From positions 66,182 through 130,181 of the forward strand of contig JBBDZC010000008.1 in assembly GCA_040900375.1 (NCBI GenBank): DNA of 64,000 bases, read 5' to 3'. This DNA is from Candidatus Anderseniibacteriota bacterium (GTDB lineage: Bacteria > Patescibacteriota > Andersenbacteria > UBA10190). The notes beneath the pieces were generated by a model. The model was not told where the DNA came from and did not search any database. It was given only the letters and a program-made list of their open reading frames with translations. Below, piece after piece: positions 44,426 through 54,613 of this stretch. A program made the translations under genes and the position numbers. Each line of letters starts with the position of its first letter. Position 1 is the stretch's first letter.

Positions 44426-45980
44426 TATGTCGCCAGCCTTATTTTCTGCCTTGATCTTTCTGGGGGCCGGCGCGGTGGGGGTCATGCTGTGGCTGGTGGC
44501 GCGCAGCCTGCGCGAGTACCTACGGATGCGCCTCCCGCTTGATCAACAGAGGCTGCCGTCGCGAGATACCAGTCAGGAGCCTTCGACCAAAGCTATCAAG
44601 GGATCGATGGCGCCGCCTGGCTTGCCGACCGAGGGGGTTGGACTTGGTCACAATGTATACGGCGGAAAAGAGACTCCGATTTATTTGACGGAAGCTGATC
44701 GTCGGCGGCATTTGTATCTTATCGGCCAACCCGGCACGGGGAAGAATAATCTATTCTTCAACATGATTTTACAAGATATGCGCGCCGGCCGCGGCGTCGG
44801 CGTAGTTGATCCGCGGGGAGAACTGATTGAAGATCTCTTGCTCCATGTACCGCCGGCGCGGCGCCAGGATGTGATCCTTTTTGATCCCCAAGATACCCAG
44901 CGTCCGCTCGGGTTTAATGTGCTGACGGTGCGCGACGAGGCCGAAAAAGAGATAGTGATTAATGAAGTGGTCAAGATTTTGCATCAGCTCGCCATGAGGC
45001 TTAGTCCGGAGTCGAAGGGATCAGCCTTCACGCGTTACCTGGATCACGCGCTGTTGGCGGTGATGGAAGATCGGCAAGCGACTTTGCTTGATGTACCTCG
45101 TCTATTTATTGACAGGGATTTTCGGGCAGCGATTGTTGCCCACAGCCATAATCCGGTCCGGCGACAGTTTTGGGAGCAAGAGTTTGAGCGGGCACACCCG
45201 GGGCAATTAGTGGTTGACCGGCTACGCTATGTGATGAGCAAGCTGGGCCGGTTTATGAACAACAGCGTGATGCGCAACATTATCGGCCAGGAGAACTCGC
45301 CGTTTGATCTTCAGGAAATTATGGATCAGCAAAAGATTCTCTTAGTTAATCTCGCCCCGCGCAGTTTAGGTAATATTAATTCTGATTTATTAGGCGCTGT
45401 CTTAGTCGCCAAAATGCAAATGGCGGCAGGCAAGCGGGCTAGTTTGCCCGAGTCGGCTGGTGCTACCTTCTATCTCTACCTTGATGAGTGGCAAAATTTT
45501 ACTACTGACAGCATGACAGCAGTCTTATCAGGGGCTGGTCAGTATCCTTTAAGTCTTAATTTAACGCATCAGTTTACCCAGCCGCTCGACGCACCGGTGC
45601 AAAAAGCGATTTTTGACAACGTGGGGACAATTGTTAGTTACCAGGTTGGTGAACAAGATGCGACCGCGCTGGCGCCGCTATTTGCCCCAATCTTTTCCGA
45701 GTATGACCTGTTAAATTTAGAGCGCTTTACGGCCTATGTTCGCCTGCTGGTGAAGGGAGTGCCGCAGCCACCGTTTAGTTTGCGCCCGCCACTGCCACCA
45801 GCTTATGGGGATGCCGCGGGCCGCGATGCGATTCGGATGCATTCGCGTACTATCTACGGGCGGCTGCACTCGCAGGTAGAAGAAGAAATCTTGCAGCGAT
45901 TGCAGCTCGGGGCAACCCGACTGCACCACACTTCATTACCAGAGCCGCAGGCAGCAGCGTCATCCGTGCAGGTGCGCTAA
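44415..45980 (+). CDS. TraD/TraG/VirD4-like (FtsK/HerA superfamily) coupling-protein-type ATPase
   Basis: The product has an N-terminal TM segment and a Walker A (GQPGTGKNN). It contains VVDPRGE (compare DPKGE in type IV coupling proteins) and a Walker B (YLYLDEWQNF). Confidence 0.65.
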   Translation: MPPSMSPALFSALIFLGAGAVGVMLWLVARSLREYLRMRLPLDQQRLPSRDTSQEPSTKAIKGSMAPPGLPTEGVGLGHNVYGGKETPIYLTEADRRRHLYLIGQPGTGKNNLFFNMILQDMRAGRGVGVVDPRGELIEDLLLHVPPARRQDVILFDPQDTQRPLGFNVLTVRDEAEKEIVINEVVKILHQLAMRLSPESKGSAFTRYLDHALLAVMEDRQATLLDVPRLFIDRDFRAAIVAHSHNPVRRQFWEQEFERAHPGQLVVDRLRYVMSKLGRFMNNSVMRNIIGQENSPFDLQEIMDQQKILLVNLAPRSLGNINSDLLGAVLVAKMQMAAGKRASLPESAGATFYLYLDEWQNFTTDSMTAVLSGAGQYPLSLNLTHQFTQPLDAPVQKAIFDNVGTIVSYQVGEQDATALAPLFAPIFSEYDLLNLERFTAYVRLLVKGVPQPPFSLRPPLPPAYGDAAGRDAIRMHSRTIYGRLHSQVEEEILQRLQLGATRLHHTSLPEPQAAASSVQVR

Positions 45981-46061
45981 AGGCCGCCGCCGGAGCGTCT
46001 AGTAATTTTATTCCCGTACCTGGTATACTCTGGAATACGTATTTAGAATCACTGATTATCT

Positions 46062-47273
46062 ATGCCTGATACTTCATCTACCCCGCAGCTCCAGCCCGTG
46101 CCGGGACCCAGTAGTACCGCCCAGCCGGCGCGTGTTGGCGGCCCCCAGCCGCTCAAGAAGCTGCCGCGCTGGAACCGTAAGAAAATAACGATTATTGCAG
46201 GCGTTGTCACCCTGGTACTGTTGGGTGTCATTGGCGGGTATACAGCGTGGCGTTCATTTGCCTCGGTCAGCGAGGATTCAGGAGTTTTTGGTAACCTGCC
46301 GTTTGCTGAAGATCGCGCGGCGCAACTTGCAGAAGAGCGTAAGGCGACGATGAGCGGCTTGTCCGGGGTCGCGTGTGCGCATCCTGACCGGCGGGCGATT
46401 GGCGTAATGCTGGCAGGGGATCCTATTAATCGTCCCATGTCTGGTTTTTCCCAGGCTGATATGGTGTGGGAGCTGCCGGTGTTAACGAGTAATGTGACGC
46501 GCTTGCTGGCGGTGTATCAGTGTGGCGAGCCGGCAGATGTCGGCTCGGTGCGTTCTGCTCGCCATGACTATCTTTTTCTCGCGGATGGCATTGATGCAAT
46601 CGTGGCCCATTGGGGCGGGAGCTACCATGCCCTCAACCGCATCGCGGTCGGGGAGTTTCAGACGCTGAATGCGCTCACTAATCCCCATAATGCGTTCTTC
46701 CGTAAAAGCCATCTGCCGGCTCCCTATAACGGCTTCACGACGTACGAGCGTTTGTGGAATGCTCTGCAGCAACTAGGTTACCGCACGACCACTAACTTCA
46801 AGGGCTATGATTTTAAAGATGATATTCCCGCGAGCGAACGGATTGCCGGCGGCAAGCTATCAGTTGGTTGGCCCGGCCAATACCAAGTAAGCTACGAGTA
46901 TGATCCGGCGACCAATCGATACGTTCGGTACTGGGCGGGGGTGCGGCAAGTAGATGAGGCCGATAAGCAAATAGTGGCGCCGAGCGCAGTCGCAATTGCG
47001 CGCGCGCCGAACCAGTTTGCTGATGGGCCGGGCGGGTACAACGAGGTAGGGATTGAAGGTGAAGGCGCCCTCGAAGTTTACCAAGACGGCAAGATGATTA
47101 AAGGGACCTGGAAGAAAAATCCCCTCGATCCGAAAGATCCTGTTCATTTCTTAAATGAACAAGGTGAGCCGATTATTTTTACGCGAGGCCAAGTGTGGGT
47201 GATGACACCGGATACCACGATTGCGGTGATCTGGGAACCCCACCAGATAGGAGTGCCGGCGACGCCTGGCTAA
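46062..47273 (+). CDS. DUF3048-family (YerB-like) membrane-anchored protein
   Basis: The product has a TM anchor and a DUF3048-like block (…AIGVMLAGDPINRPMSGFSQADMVWELPV…LLAVYQ). Confidence 0.6.
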   Translation: MPDTSSTPQLQPVPGPSSTAQPARVGGPQPLKKLPRWNRKKITIIAGVVTLVLLGVIGGYTAWRSFASVSEDSGVFGNLPFAEDRAAQLAEERKATMSGLSGVACAHPDRRAIGVMLAGDPINRPMSGFSQADMVWELPVLTSNVTRLLAVYQCGEPADVGSVRSARHDYLFLADGIDAIVAHWGGSYHALNRIAVGEFQTLNALTNPHNAFFRKSHLPAPYNGFTTYERLWNALQQLGYRTTTNFKGYDFKDDIPASERIAGGKLSVGWPGQYQVSYEYDPATNRYVRYWAGVRQVDEADKQIVAPSAVAIARAPNQFADGPGGYNEVGIEGEGALEVYQDGKMIKGTWKKNPLDPKDPVHFLNEQGEPIIFTRGQVWVMTPDTTIAVIWEPHQIGVPATPG

Positions 47274-47301
47274 GGCTTAGGGCTGCCAGGAAGCGCGCAT
47301 C

Positions 47302-48225
47302 ATGATTAGTTATTTTTACGGAGAAGATACATATCGAGCCCACGGCGCGATTGCCGCGATAGCGGAAAAACAAACAGCGCGGATTTATTGGCTGACTCGC
47401 GGTGACCTCGAAGCCCGCCCCCTGGCAGAAATACTTAGCCAAGGCAGCAGTCTGTTTGGACAGTACTTGTTTGTGATCCAAGATGCCGCGGCCTTTCCTT
47501 TACCCTTGCAGGAAGCGGTGATAGCGGCGAGTCAGGGGACAGCTGCCGGTATTGTGTGGGATCGCGGGGCGCCTGATAAGCGCTCGCGCTTGTTTCGACA
47601 TTTTAAAAAAAATGCCCGGGAATTTGTCTACCCCTCACCACCGGTGATGGTGGAATGGTTGGCGCGTGAAGTGAGTCAGCGCGGAGGGGTACTCGAGGAA
47701 GCGGCCGGGATGGTGCTGCTGACACGAGTCGGTTACGATGGCTGGCGGTTACTCAACACGGTGGATCAATTGCTACTCACCCATGATCGGCTCACCACGC
47801 GCGTGGTGAGCGACGCGCTGCCAGTGAAAGGCGAAGCAGAAATTTTTGCTGCCTTGCAAGCGGTGGCGCAGGGGAATGAGCACCATGCCTTACACCACAT
47901 TGAAGGCCTGTTGCAGGCCGGCAGCAGTGAGTTCTACATTATCTCGATGCTGGCCTATCAGCTGCGGACGCTGGTGCTGATTCGCCGAGGCCTGGCGCGC
48001 CAGCTGACTGCGCCCGCGATTGCGCAGGAGCAGGGGCTTCATCCTTATGTTGTTCAGAAAAATATGGCGCTGGCGCGGCAGTTTTCTCCAACTGTGCTGC
48101 TCGATAATCTCACCAAGATCTTGGCAACTGATTTTGCGATTAAACAAGGAAAAGTCGACCCGCGAACGGGGCTTTATATGTTGGTTATTGCTCTTCTGCA
48201 ACCAGCCCGAGTCGCAGCCGCTTGA
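47302..48225 (+). CDS. holA: DNA polymerase III delta subunit
   Basis: The N-terminus (MISYFYGEDTYRAHGAI…) and length are HolA-like. The gene lies next to rpsT, as is common. Confidence 0.6.
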   Translation: MISYFYGEDTYRAHGAIAAIAEKQTARIYWLTRGDLEARPLAEILSQGSSLFGQYLFVIQDAAAFPLPLQEAVIAASQGTAAGIVWDRGAPDKRSRLFRHFKKNAREFVYPSPPVMVEWLAREVSQRGGVLEEAAGMVLLTRVGYDGWRLLNTVDQLLLTHDRLTTRVVSDALPVKGEAEIFAALQAVAQGNEHHALHHIEGLLQAGSSEFYIISMLAYQLRTLVLIRRGLARQLTAPAIAQEQGLHPYVVQKNMALARQFSPTVLLDNLTKILATDFAIKQGKVDPRTGLYMLVIALLQPARVAAA

Positions 48226-48238
48226 ACGGGCGCAGTCC

Positions 48239-48505
48239 TTACGCGGCTAATTTGTTGATTGCTGCCTGGAGCCGTGATTTTTTGCGGGCGGCGGCGCGCT
48301 TGGTCAAGATGTGGTGGCGGACAGAGCGGTCGAGTGTTTTTTGCGCGGTGGTGAAAGCGCCTTGGGCCGATTCTTTTTTCCCACTAGTAATAGTATGGCG
48401 AAGTTCTTTAAGGCTCGCTCGGAGCTTACGACGCCAACGATCATTAATAGCCCGGCGGCGTTGACTGACTCGGAGCGCTTTTTTTGCAGCTGATGTTTGC
48501 GGCAT
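48239..48505 (-). CDS. rpsT: 30S ribosomal protein S20
   Basis: The 88 aa basic protein reads MPQTSAAKKALRVSQRRRAINDR…. Confidence 0.9.
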   Translation of the reverse strand: MPQTSAAKKALRVSQRRRAINDRWRRKLRASLKELRHTITSGKKESAQGAFTTAQKTLDRSVRHHILTKRAAARKKSRLQAAINKLAA

Positions 48506-48612
48506 GCCGTTTAAAGTTTTAGGTAAGAGGCCCGCTGGCGAGAAAGCTTTGAGCTATCGTAGCGGATAGCAGGTAGCTTAGGGGGTGGGGCCGGAAAAGT
48601 CAAAAGCGGCCT

Positions 48613-49506
48613 TTAGAGTATCTTGTGCGGCGAGAGGGTGGCGGACGGCGGGTGGAAGTGACCAATGCCGATAAGATCCCCGTGAGAATCTAGGAGGGCA
48701 AGGGGACTATCTGGCGTTAGGGGATGATTGAGGGAAGACCACGGAATACTTCTCCCCTGCTTTAATTGTGCGACGTTATCTGGCGTAAGGGTGAGGGCGG
48801 GCAAATGTTCGACAAGGACGCGACTTGGTTGTAACAACTGGGGGAAGTTGTGGGCTGTTACTTGCGCCAGCGGCGGCGAATTTTGCACGGTAAATTTGCC
48901 GATTTTTGTCCGCCGCAGCGTCTTTAGGTAGGCGCCGGTCTCCAGGCTTTGTCCGATATCCCGAGCGAGGGCGCGGATATACGTGCCGCGCCTACTGACG
49001 ACCCGTATATCTATATAAGGATAGTGGTAGTGAATAAGTTCGAGCGTCTCAATCGTGACTGGCCGCGGCAGCCGCGGGATGTTCTCCCCTGCCCGGGCGT
49101 ATACATAGAGCCGCTTCCCCTGCCGCTTGAGAGCGGCATATGCCGGGGGCACCTGTTGGATTGGGCCGACAAATTGTTGGAGCGTGGCGGCAACGAGATC
49201 GCGCTGGGGTTGCCGCGCTGATTGAGGCGTGATTTTTCCGGTACCATCATCAGTATCGCTCGTGGCGCCTAAAACAACCGTCGCCTCGTAGGTTTTGGCC
49301 AAGTCATGGGCGTGCTCGGCAAGGCGAGTCGCGCTGCCGACAACCAGGAGGAGGAGGCCGGTAGCAAAAGGATCGAGTGTGCCGGTGTGGCCGATGCGCC
49401 GGATGCCGGTAATGCGGCGCATGGCCGCCACGGCATCATGAGAGGTAATACCGGCTGGTTTATCAATGGCTATGACGCCAGCGATAGTTGGGGGGTGTTT
49501 GGACAT
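48613..49506 (-). CDS. truB: tRNA pseudouridine(55) synthase
   Basis: The product contains IDKPAGITSHDAV…GHTGTLDPFATGLL with the catalytic Asp. Confidence 0.9.
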   Translation of the reverse strand: MSKHPPTIAGVIAIDKPAGITSHDAVAAMRRITGIRRIGHTGTLDPFATGLLLLVVGSATRLAEHAHDLAKTYEATVVLGATSDTDDGTGKITPQSARQPQRDLVAATLQQFVGPIQQVPPAYAALKRQGKRLYVYARAGENIPRLPRPVTIETLELIHYHYPYIDIRVVSRRGTYIRALARDIGQSLETGAYLKTLRRTKIGKFTVQNSPPLAQVTAHNFPQLLQPSRVLVEHLPALTLTPDNVAQLKQGRSIPWSSLNHPLTPDSPLALLDSHGDLIGIGHFHPPSATLSPHKIL

Positions 49507-49587
49507 GTCGCTTACTATACGTTAAATTGGCTGTATTATTAATTATTCTTAAGTGTTCTTAAGAAGGCCAGCACCGCACGTTATTTT

Positions 49588-50586
49588 ATGGCAAAACATG
49601 CATTAATCACCGGCATTACCGGTCAAGATGGTTCTTATTTAGCAGAGTTCCTGCTGGAGAAAGGCTATAAGGTTTATGGCCTGGTCCAGCGCCAAGCGAC
49701 TGATCCGTTTGACAACATTCGGCATATTTTAAACGATGTTGAGATTTTTGCCGGCGACCTCGGTGATTCATCGTCGTTACTTAGAGCGGTGGACGTCTCC
49801 CGCCCTGATGAAATTTATAACTTGGCGGCGCAGTCATTTGTTAAAAGTAGCTTTGAACTGCCCGAGATGACGGGCGAGGTGACGGGCGTGGGGGTGACGC
49901 GTCTGCTGGAAGCCATGCGGACGGTGAAGCCAGATGCGCGCTTTTACCAAGCTTCTAGTTCGGAAATGTTTGGTAAGGTGCAAGAAACGCCGCAACGTGA
50001 GACCACTCCCCTATATCCGCGTAGTCCGTACGGTGTGGCGAAGGCGTATGGTCACTACATGACCATAAACTATCGCGAGAGCTACGACTTATTTACCTGT
50101 TCGGGCATTCTCTTTAATCACGAGTCGCCGCGCCGAGGCTATGAATTCGTTACCCAGAAAATTGCCAGCACGGCCGCGTATATCAAGGAGGGTTTAGTGA
50201 AGCAGTTGATCCTGGGGAATCTCGAGGCGCAGCGTGACTGGGGATTTGCTGGGGACTACGTGGAAGCGATGTGGCTTATGCTGCAGCAAGACACGGCTGA
50301 TGATTATGTGGTGGGGACGGGCGAGACGCATTCAGTCCGCGAATTTCTCGATGTTGCGTTTCAGCACCTGGATTTGGATTGGCACGATTACGTGCGCAGT
50401 GACGAGCGGTTCATGCGCCCGGCGGAAGTGGATATTTTAATCTCCGATCCCACCAAGGCGCGTCAGCAATTAGGCTGGCAAGCCAAGGTCAGGTTTCCGG
50501 AGTTAGTCAAGATAATGGTAGAAGCAGCGCGTGAACGCATCGCCCGCATTAAAGCTGGGGAAATTCCTGCCTTACCAATTGCTTAA
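49588..50586 (+). CDS. gmd: GDP-mannose 4,6-dehydratase
   Basis: The N-terminus reads [23 protein letters not shown], typical of Gmd. YxxxK is present. Confidence 0.9.
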   Translation: MAKHALITGITGQDGSYLAEFLLEKGYKVYGLVQRQATDPFDNIRHILNDVEIFAGDLGDSSSLLRAVDVSRPDEIYNLAAQSFVKSSFELPEMTGEVTGVGVTRLLEAMRTVKPDARFYQASSSEMFGKVQETPQRETTPLYPRSPYGVAKAYGHYMTINYRESYDLFTCSGILFNHESPRRGYEFVTQKIASTAAYIKEGLVKQLILGNLEAQRDWGFAGDYVEAMWLMLQQDTADDYVVGTGETHSVREFLDVAFQHLDLDWHDYVRSDERFMRPAEVDILISDPTKARQQLGWQAKVRFPELVKIMVEAARERIARIKAGEIPALPIA

Positions 50587-50631
50587 GGGGCGGTGGCGCC
50601 TTGATCTTCTCCGATTGAAGACACAAAGCTC

Positions 50632-51609
50632 ATGCCCACGAGTAGCACCATTCTGATCACCGGCGGCGCGGGTTTTGTCGGCCGTCATCTCATTCAGGAG
50701 CTACAGCGCTACCAGCCAGATGTTCGCCTCGTAGTGTGGGATCAAACTCTTGCCGGCTTACCGGCTGGAGTTACGGGCGAGATGATTGATATTACGCAAC
50801 CACGCTCGTATCAAGTAAGTTTAGCGCAGCACCGGCCGGACTGGGTGATTCATCTGGCGGCGGTCAGTGCCGTGGGTGAGAGCCTGCGCGATCCCGGGCG
50901 CGCGCGGCAGATAAATTTTGAAGCCAGCTGTGCCCTGCTGGCAACGGTCGCAGAGGAGAGTCCACCGAGTAAATTGCTGGTGGTCAGTACTGCAGATATT
51001 TATGGTCAAGGGGCGGCCACTCCCCTGCCAGAATTACCGCTCGCGCAAGCCCACCCGCGTAATCCTTACGGACAGACGAAATGGGAAATGGAACAACATG
51101 TTGAGCAGCACTACCTTGATCGGGTGATTCGCGTTCGGCCTTTTCCCCATATTGGTCCCGGGCAGCGCCCTGGTTTTGTGACGGCTGACTTTGCCTCACA
51201 AATTGCTGCGATTGAAGCGGGGCAGCAAGAGCCGGTAATGGCAGTCGGTAATTTGACAGCGCAGCGTGATTTCACGGATGTGCGTGATGTGGTGCGGGCG
51301 TATCGGTTACTTCTGCGCCACGGCGTGATGGGTGAGGTTTACCATGTTGCCTCGGGCCAGGCGGTGAGTATCAAAACAATACTCGATGAGTTCCTCGAAC
51401 TTACGACTGCCACCATTACTGTGGCGCAAGATCAAGAGCGCCTGCGCCCAGTTGATGTGCCGATTCTCGTGGGTGACGCGAGTAAACTTAAGGCGGTAAC
51501 TCACTGGCAGCCAGCGATACCGCTTCAGCAATCACTGCACGACATTCTTGAGTGGTGGCGTCATACCCCACCGTCTTACAAATCTAGGGGAACTTCGGCG
51601 ACTCGGTAA
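50632..51609 (+). CDS. NAD-dependent epimerase/dehydratase family protein (likely GDP-4-keto-6-deoxymannose reductase or a related enzyme)
   Basis: The N-terminus is a Rossmann fold (ITGGAGFVGRHL). It lies immediately downstream of gmd. Its 3' end overlaps the convergent membrane gene by about 34 nt. Confidence 0.7.
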   Translation: MPTSSTILITGGAGFVGRHLIQELQRYQPDVRLVVWDQTLAGLPAGVTGEMIDITQPRSYQVSLAQHRPDWVIHLAAVSAVGESLRDPGRARQINFEASCALLATVAEESPPSKLLVVSTADIYGQGAATPLPELPLAQAHPRNPYGQTKWEMEQHVEQHYLDRVIRVRPFPHIGPGQRPGFVTADFASQIAAIEAGQQEPVMAVGNLTAQRDFTDVRDVVRAYRLLLRHGVMGEVYHVASGQAVSIKTILDEFLELTTATITVAQDQERLRPVDVPILVGDASKLKAVTHWQPAIPLQQSLHDILEWWRHTPPSYKSRGTSATR

Positions 51610-53249
51610 ACGCTATAATCCTGTTCGGTCAAAAGCCGTGGATAGTGTTGATCGAACCAGGGTTTATTAGCACCATTTTGGAGTTCGGGGGGGCCGATCA
51701 CGACAATGGTAATGTTATTTTTTTGCAGTAAGGTGGCGGTCGTGGTCCCCCCACTAAAAATTTCCCGACTATCGCGAAGGCGCTCCTCGTATTTTCCTTG
51801 CCAGCCTTGACTCCAAAGCCAGCCTTCATAGGCGAGAAAACTGGGTCGGCCGGCATATACAAAAACGGGGTGGTTAAAACTCGGGGCGGTGAGCACAACA
51901 TCATTGGGTTGAGTTAGAGAGCGCACCGCCGCGCCGATTTTTTCGTCAGTGGGCGTGGTGAGGAGCAAGGGGGTTGTCCGGTGGCTCACCGCGCGCATGA
52001 TTTCTAATCCGCCGGATAGACCAAGCACGGGGAGAAGCAGCATGACTGCTAGCTTGCCTCCCCAGTTTTTTTGCTGCCACCAACTGCCGAGTAATGTTCC
52101 CACGGCGATGGCAATGATCAGCCACCCCGGGGCGAAAATTTTAGTGTTGTCCCAATCCCACGGCGCAAAGCGGAAAAGGTTAGCGGCGACAAAAGGCGTG
52201 AGGCTGCTTAAGACAAGCGCTGCCAGAGGGCGATTGTTTTTAAGTAACAGTACCGTAGCGACGGGGGCCAGCAGTATATAGAGACCAATATTTTTAAACC
52301 AGAATATGGGCCAAGTACTATTGGGGGCGAGCCACCCTGGGTGAAGGCCGAGACTAGCGGCACCGGCGCTTGGTTGGAGCAGGCTGATGATGTACCAGCC
52401 GCCTAAGCCGATTGCTAAAGCCGCGCCCGCGATCCACGCCAGCTCCCGCTTAGTGTAGGCACTGGCATGTAGCAGCAGCATCCACCCGAGCCACGACAGC
52501 CAGATGAGCAGGAAAGCGGCCCACGTAAAAGGGTGCAGGAAAGCGAGGAGCAAGCCGCCGATAATAATACTGACGAGGGCATAGTACGATTTCTCTAAGA
52601 AGAATCGCCAACTGACATATAGTAGTCCGACAAAGAGGGGAAAACCGAGTAGATATGCCCGTTGGTGCAGCATCATAATGAAGGGATTGAGAATGACCAT
52701 GTCGGCCTCATGCCACGCGGTAACGCCGTGAGGTAAATTGCGCAAGGCGAGAGTCCAGGCGGTCGGGGCAGCGCGTAGTTCAGCCAAGATCAACCAACCG
52801 CTTAACCCGCCAAAACTGACAAAGAGCAGGGTACTGATGATGGCCGCGGCCCACGACTTGGTCATTTTCCACACGAGCCATTCACAGAGTCCAACGAGCA
52901 ACATCGCGAGGACGATAGTTGGTAGGGAGAAGGCGGCAGCTGTTGGCAGGCCGAGGCGCCATAACCAACCCGAGAGCAAATCAGCAGCAAAGGCATAGCC
53001 CACTGATTCACCAGACAGGACAAAACTTTCTTGGGGCCACCACCCCTGTTCGGCCAAAAATGTACCCACGCGAATATGAAAAAATAAATCTCCCCAGCCT
53101 GTTGTCAGGGCTGTGACGGTGTTATGAGAGGCATCTTGCCAGATGGCGTAGGAGGCCAGATAGCCGGCACCAATGAGGAGCGCTAGGGTGCCGGCTATAG
53201 GCAGCAATGCTCGGAAAGAAAAATGGAAGGGCGGCCGTGCGAGTCGCAT
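51576..53249 (-). CDS. Large polytopic membrane protein, putative GT-C-fold glycosyltransferase
   Basis: The 557 aa product has at least 11 TM helices and a C-terminal soluble domain. Its general architecture is GT-C/PMT-like. I found no firm motif. Confidence 0.5.
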   Translation of the reverse strand: MRLARPPFHFSFRALLPIAGTLALLIGAGYLASYAIWQDASHNTVTALTTGWGDLFFHIRVGTFLAEQGWWPQESFVLSGESVGYAFAADLLSGWLWRLGLPTAAAFSLPTIVLAMLLVGLCEWLVWKMTKSWAAAIISTLLFVSFGGLSGWLILAELRAAPTAWTLALRNLPHGVTAWHEADMVILNPFIMMLHQRAYLLGFPLFVGLLYVSWRFFLEKSYYALVSIIIGGLLLAFLHPFTWAAFLLIWLSWLGWMLLLHASAYTKRELAWIAGAALAIGLGGWYIISLLQPSAGAASLGLHPGWLAPNSTWPIFWFKNIGLYILLAPVATVLLLKNNRPLAALVLSSLTPFVAANLFRFAPWDWDNTKIFAPGWLIIAIAVGTLLGSWWQQKNWGGKLAVMLLLPVLGLSGGLEIMRAVSHRTTPLLLTTPTDEKIGAAVRSLTQPNDVVLTAPSFNHPVFVYAGRPSFLAYEGWLWSQGWQGKYEERLRDSREIFSGGTTTATLLQKNNITIVVIGPPELQNGANKPWFDQHYPRLLTEQDYSVYRVAEVPLDL

Positions 53250-53296
53250 CTTTGCAGTATACCAGTCTGTTTTTAATGGCGAAGGGGTAAAAGCTT

Positions 53297-54613
53297 ATGC
53301 TACAGTGGCGACGTATGGTTAGCAAAGCTCTATCACTGGTGTGGCCTAGTCGTCCCTTTCTCATCCTTGTGTCGTGGTTATTACTGGTCCTGGTGCTGAC
53401 TATACTCGTGACCCAGGCTTATCATCCTTCCTGGCGCTCTCATTTACAGGTAGATGTGGTGGTTTTTCAGATGCGGGCACTACACTTTTTACAGCAAGGC
53501 ACGTGGGCCAACGTTGGCTATAACGAGTATCAACCGGGGGCACTATGGTTCTTTGCTTGGCTGGCGTGGCTCACTCCGACCCCGTTTAACTTCGATGCCT
53601 ACTTAACGGTCGTGGTGCTGGTGAACCTAGGATTGATTCTTGCTCATGGGTATTTTTTTAGTCGCTATGGGCATCGGTATGCCCTGCTCTTCTTTGCTAT
53701 TCTCGTGGGGGCGATGGGACCAATCCTCTTCTACCGCTTCGAGCTTATTGTCTCGCTGCTGGTACTAATTGCCTGGAGGTTTTTCCAGAAAAAAAACTTT
53801 CCGCTTGCGGCGACGCTGCTTGGCTTAGCCTGCGCGATAAAAGTTTATCCCGTTATTTTACTACCTTTGTTTATGGCGGAAGCGGTTGCCCGCCGACAGA
53901 TGCGCAATATCATCTGGACGGTCGAGTTTTTTGCTCTCGGTCTAGTGCTACCGGTGGTGTTATTTATTGCCCTCGGGGGATCATTATCAGAGACGTTAAC
54001 GTCAGTTAATGTCCATCAGCTCAAACCGGTCGGTTTAGAGGGTCTATGGGGGACCCTGATTACCCTCGGTCAACAGATCGCGGGGATTCCCTTGCGCATC
54101 ACTCCGAGCTACGGCGTCCATGGGTTCACCCCTGATCTCCCCGGGCTGACCACTGGGTTTTTGAATAATTTTTGGTTGCTACCGTATGGTGTAACCTTGG
54201 CCTATATCTATTGGCGGGGACGCCAGCGGGGTTATAGCGATGCTGGTTTAGCTTTTATGTTAATCCTGGTGTTTGTTTTTTTCTCCAAAGTATTAAACCC
54301 GCAGTATTTGTGGTGGTATATTTCTTTTTTACCTCTCGTGCCTTTGGCTTGGTATGACCGCGGCCGTTGGTCGCTGATCATCCTCACTGCCTGTTTAAGC
54401 CTCGTCATTACCCAAGTTATCTACCCGGTGCGTTACTCGGAGTTTTTGGATTGGTTTAATGGTCGTGGTAGCAATCCGGCAACATTTTACTTAAGCATCC
54501 TGCGCAATGTCCTGATCCTTATCCTAGGCTTGTTTGCTGGCGATGGTATCTGGCGGCACTACCAGAGGACTCGCCACCAACAGCGGGAAGTGTTTACTCC
54601 CGAGGTTACCTAA
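53297..54613 (+). CDS. Polytopic membrane protein, DUF2029/GT87-like putative glycosyltransferase
   Basis: The 438 aa product has many TM helices and a DUF2029-like pattern. Confidence 0.5.
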   Translation: MLQWRRMVSKALSLVWPSRPFLILVSWLLLVLVLTILVTQAYHPSWRSHLQVDVVVFQMRALHFLQQGTWANVGYNEYQPGALWFFAWLAWLTPTPFNFDAYLTVVVLVNLGLILAHGYFFSRYGHRYALLFFAILVGAMGPILFYRFELIVSLLVLIAWRFFQKKNFPLAATLLGLACAIKVYPVILLPLFMAEAVARRQMRNIIWTVEFFALGLVLPVVLFIALGGSLSETLTSVNVHQLKPVGLEGLWGTLITLGQQIAGIPLRITPSYGVHGFTPDLPGLTTGFLNNFWLLPYGVTLAYIYWRGRQRGYSDAGLAFMLILVFVFFSKVLNPQYLWWYISFLPLVPLAWYDRGRWSLIILTACLSLVITQVIYPVRYSEFLDWFNGRGSNPATFYLSILRNVLILILGLFAGDGIWRHYQRTRHQQREVFTPEVT

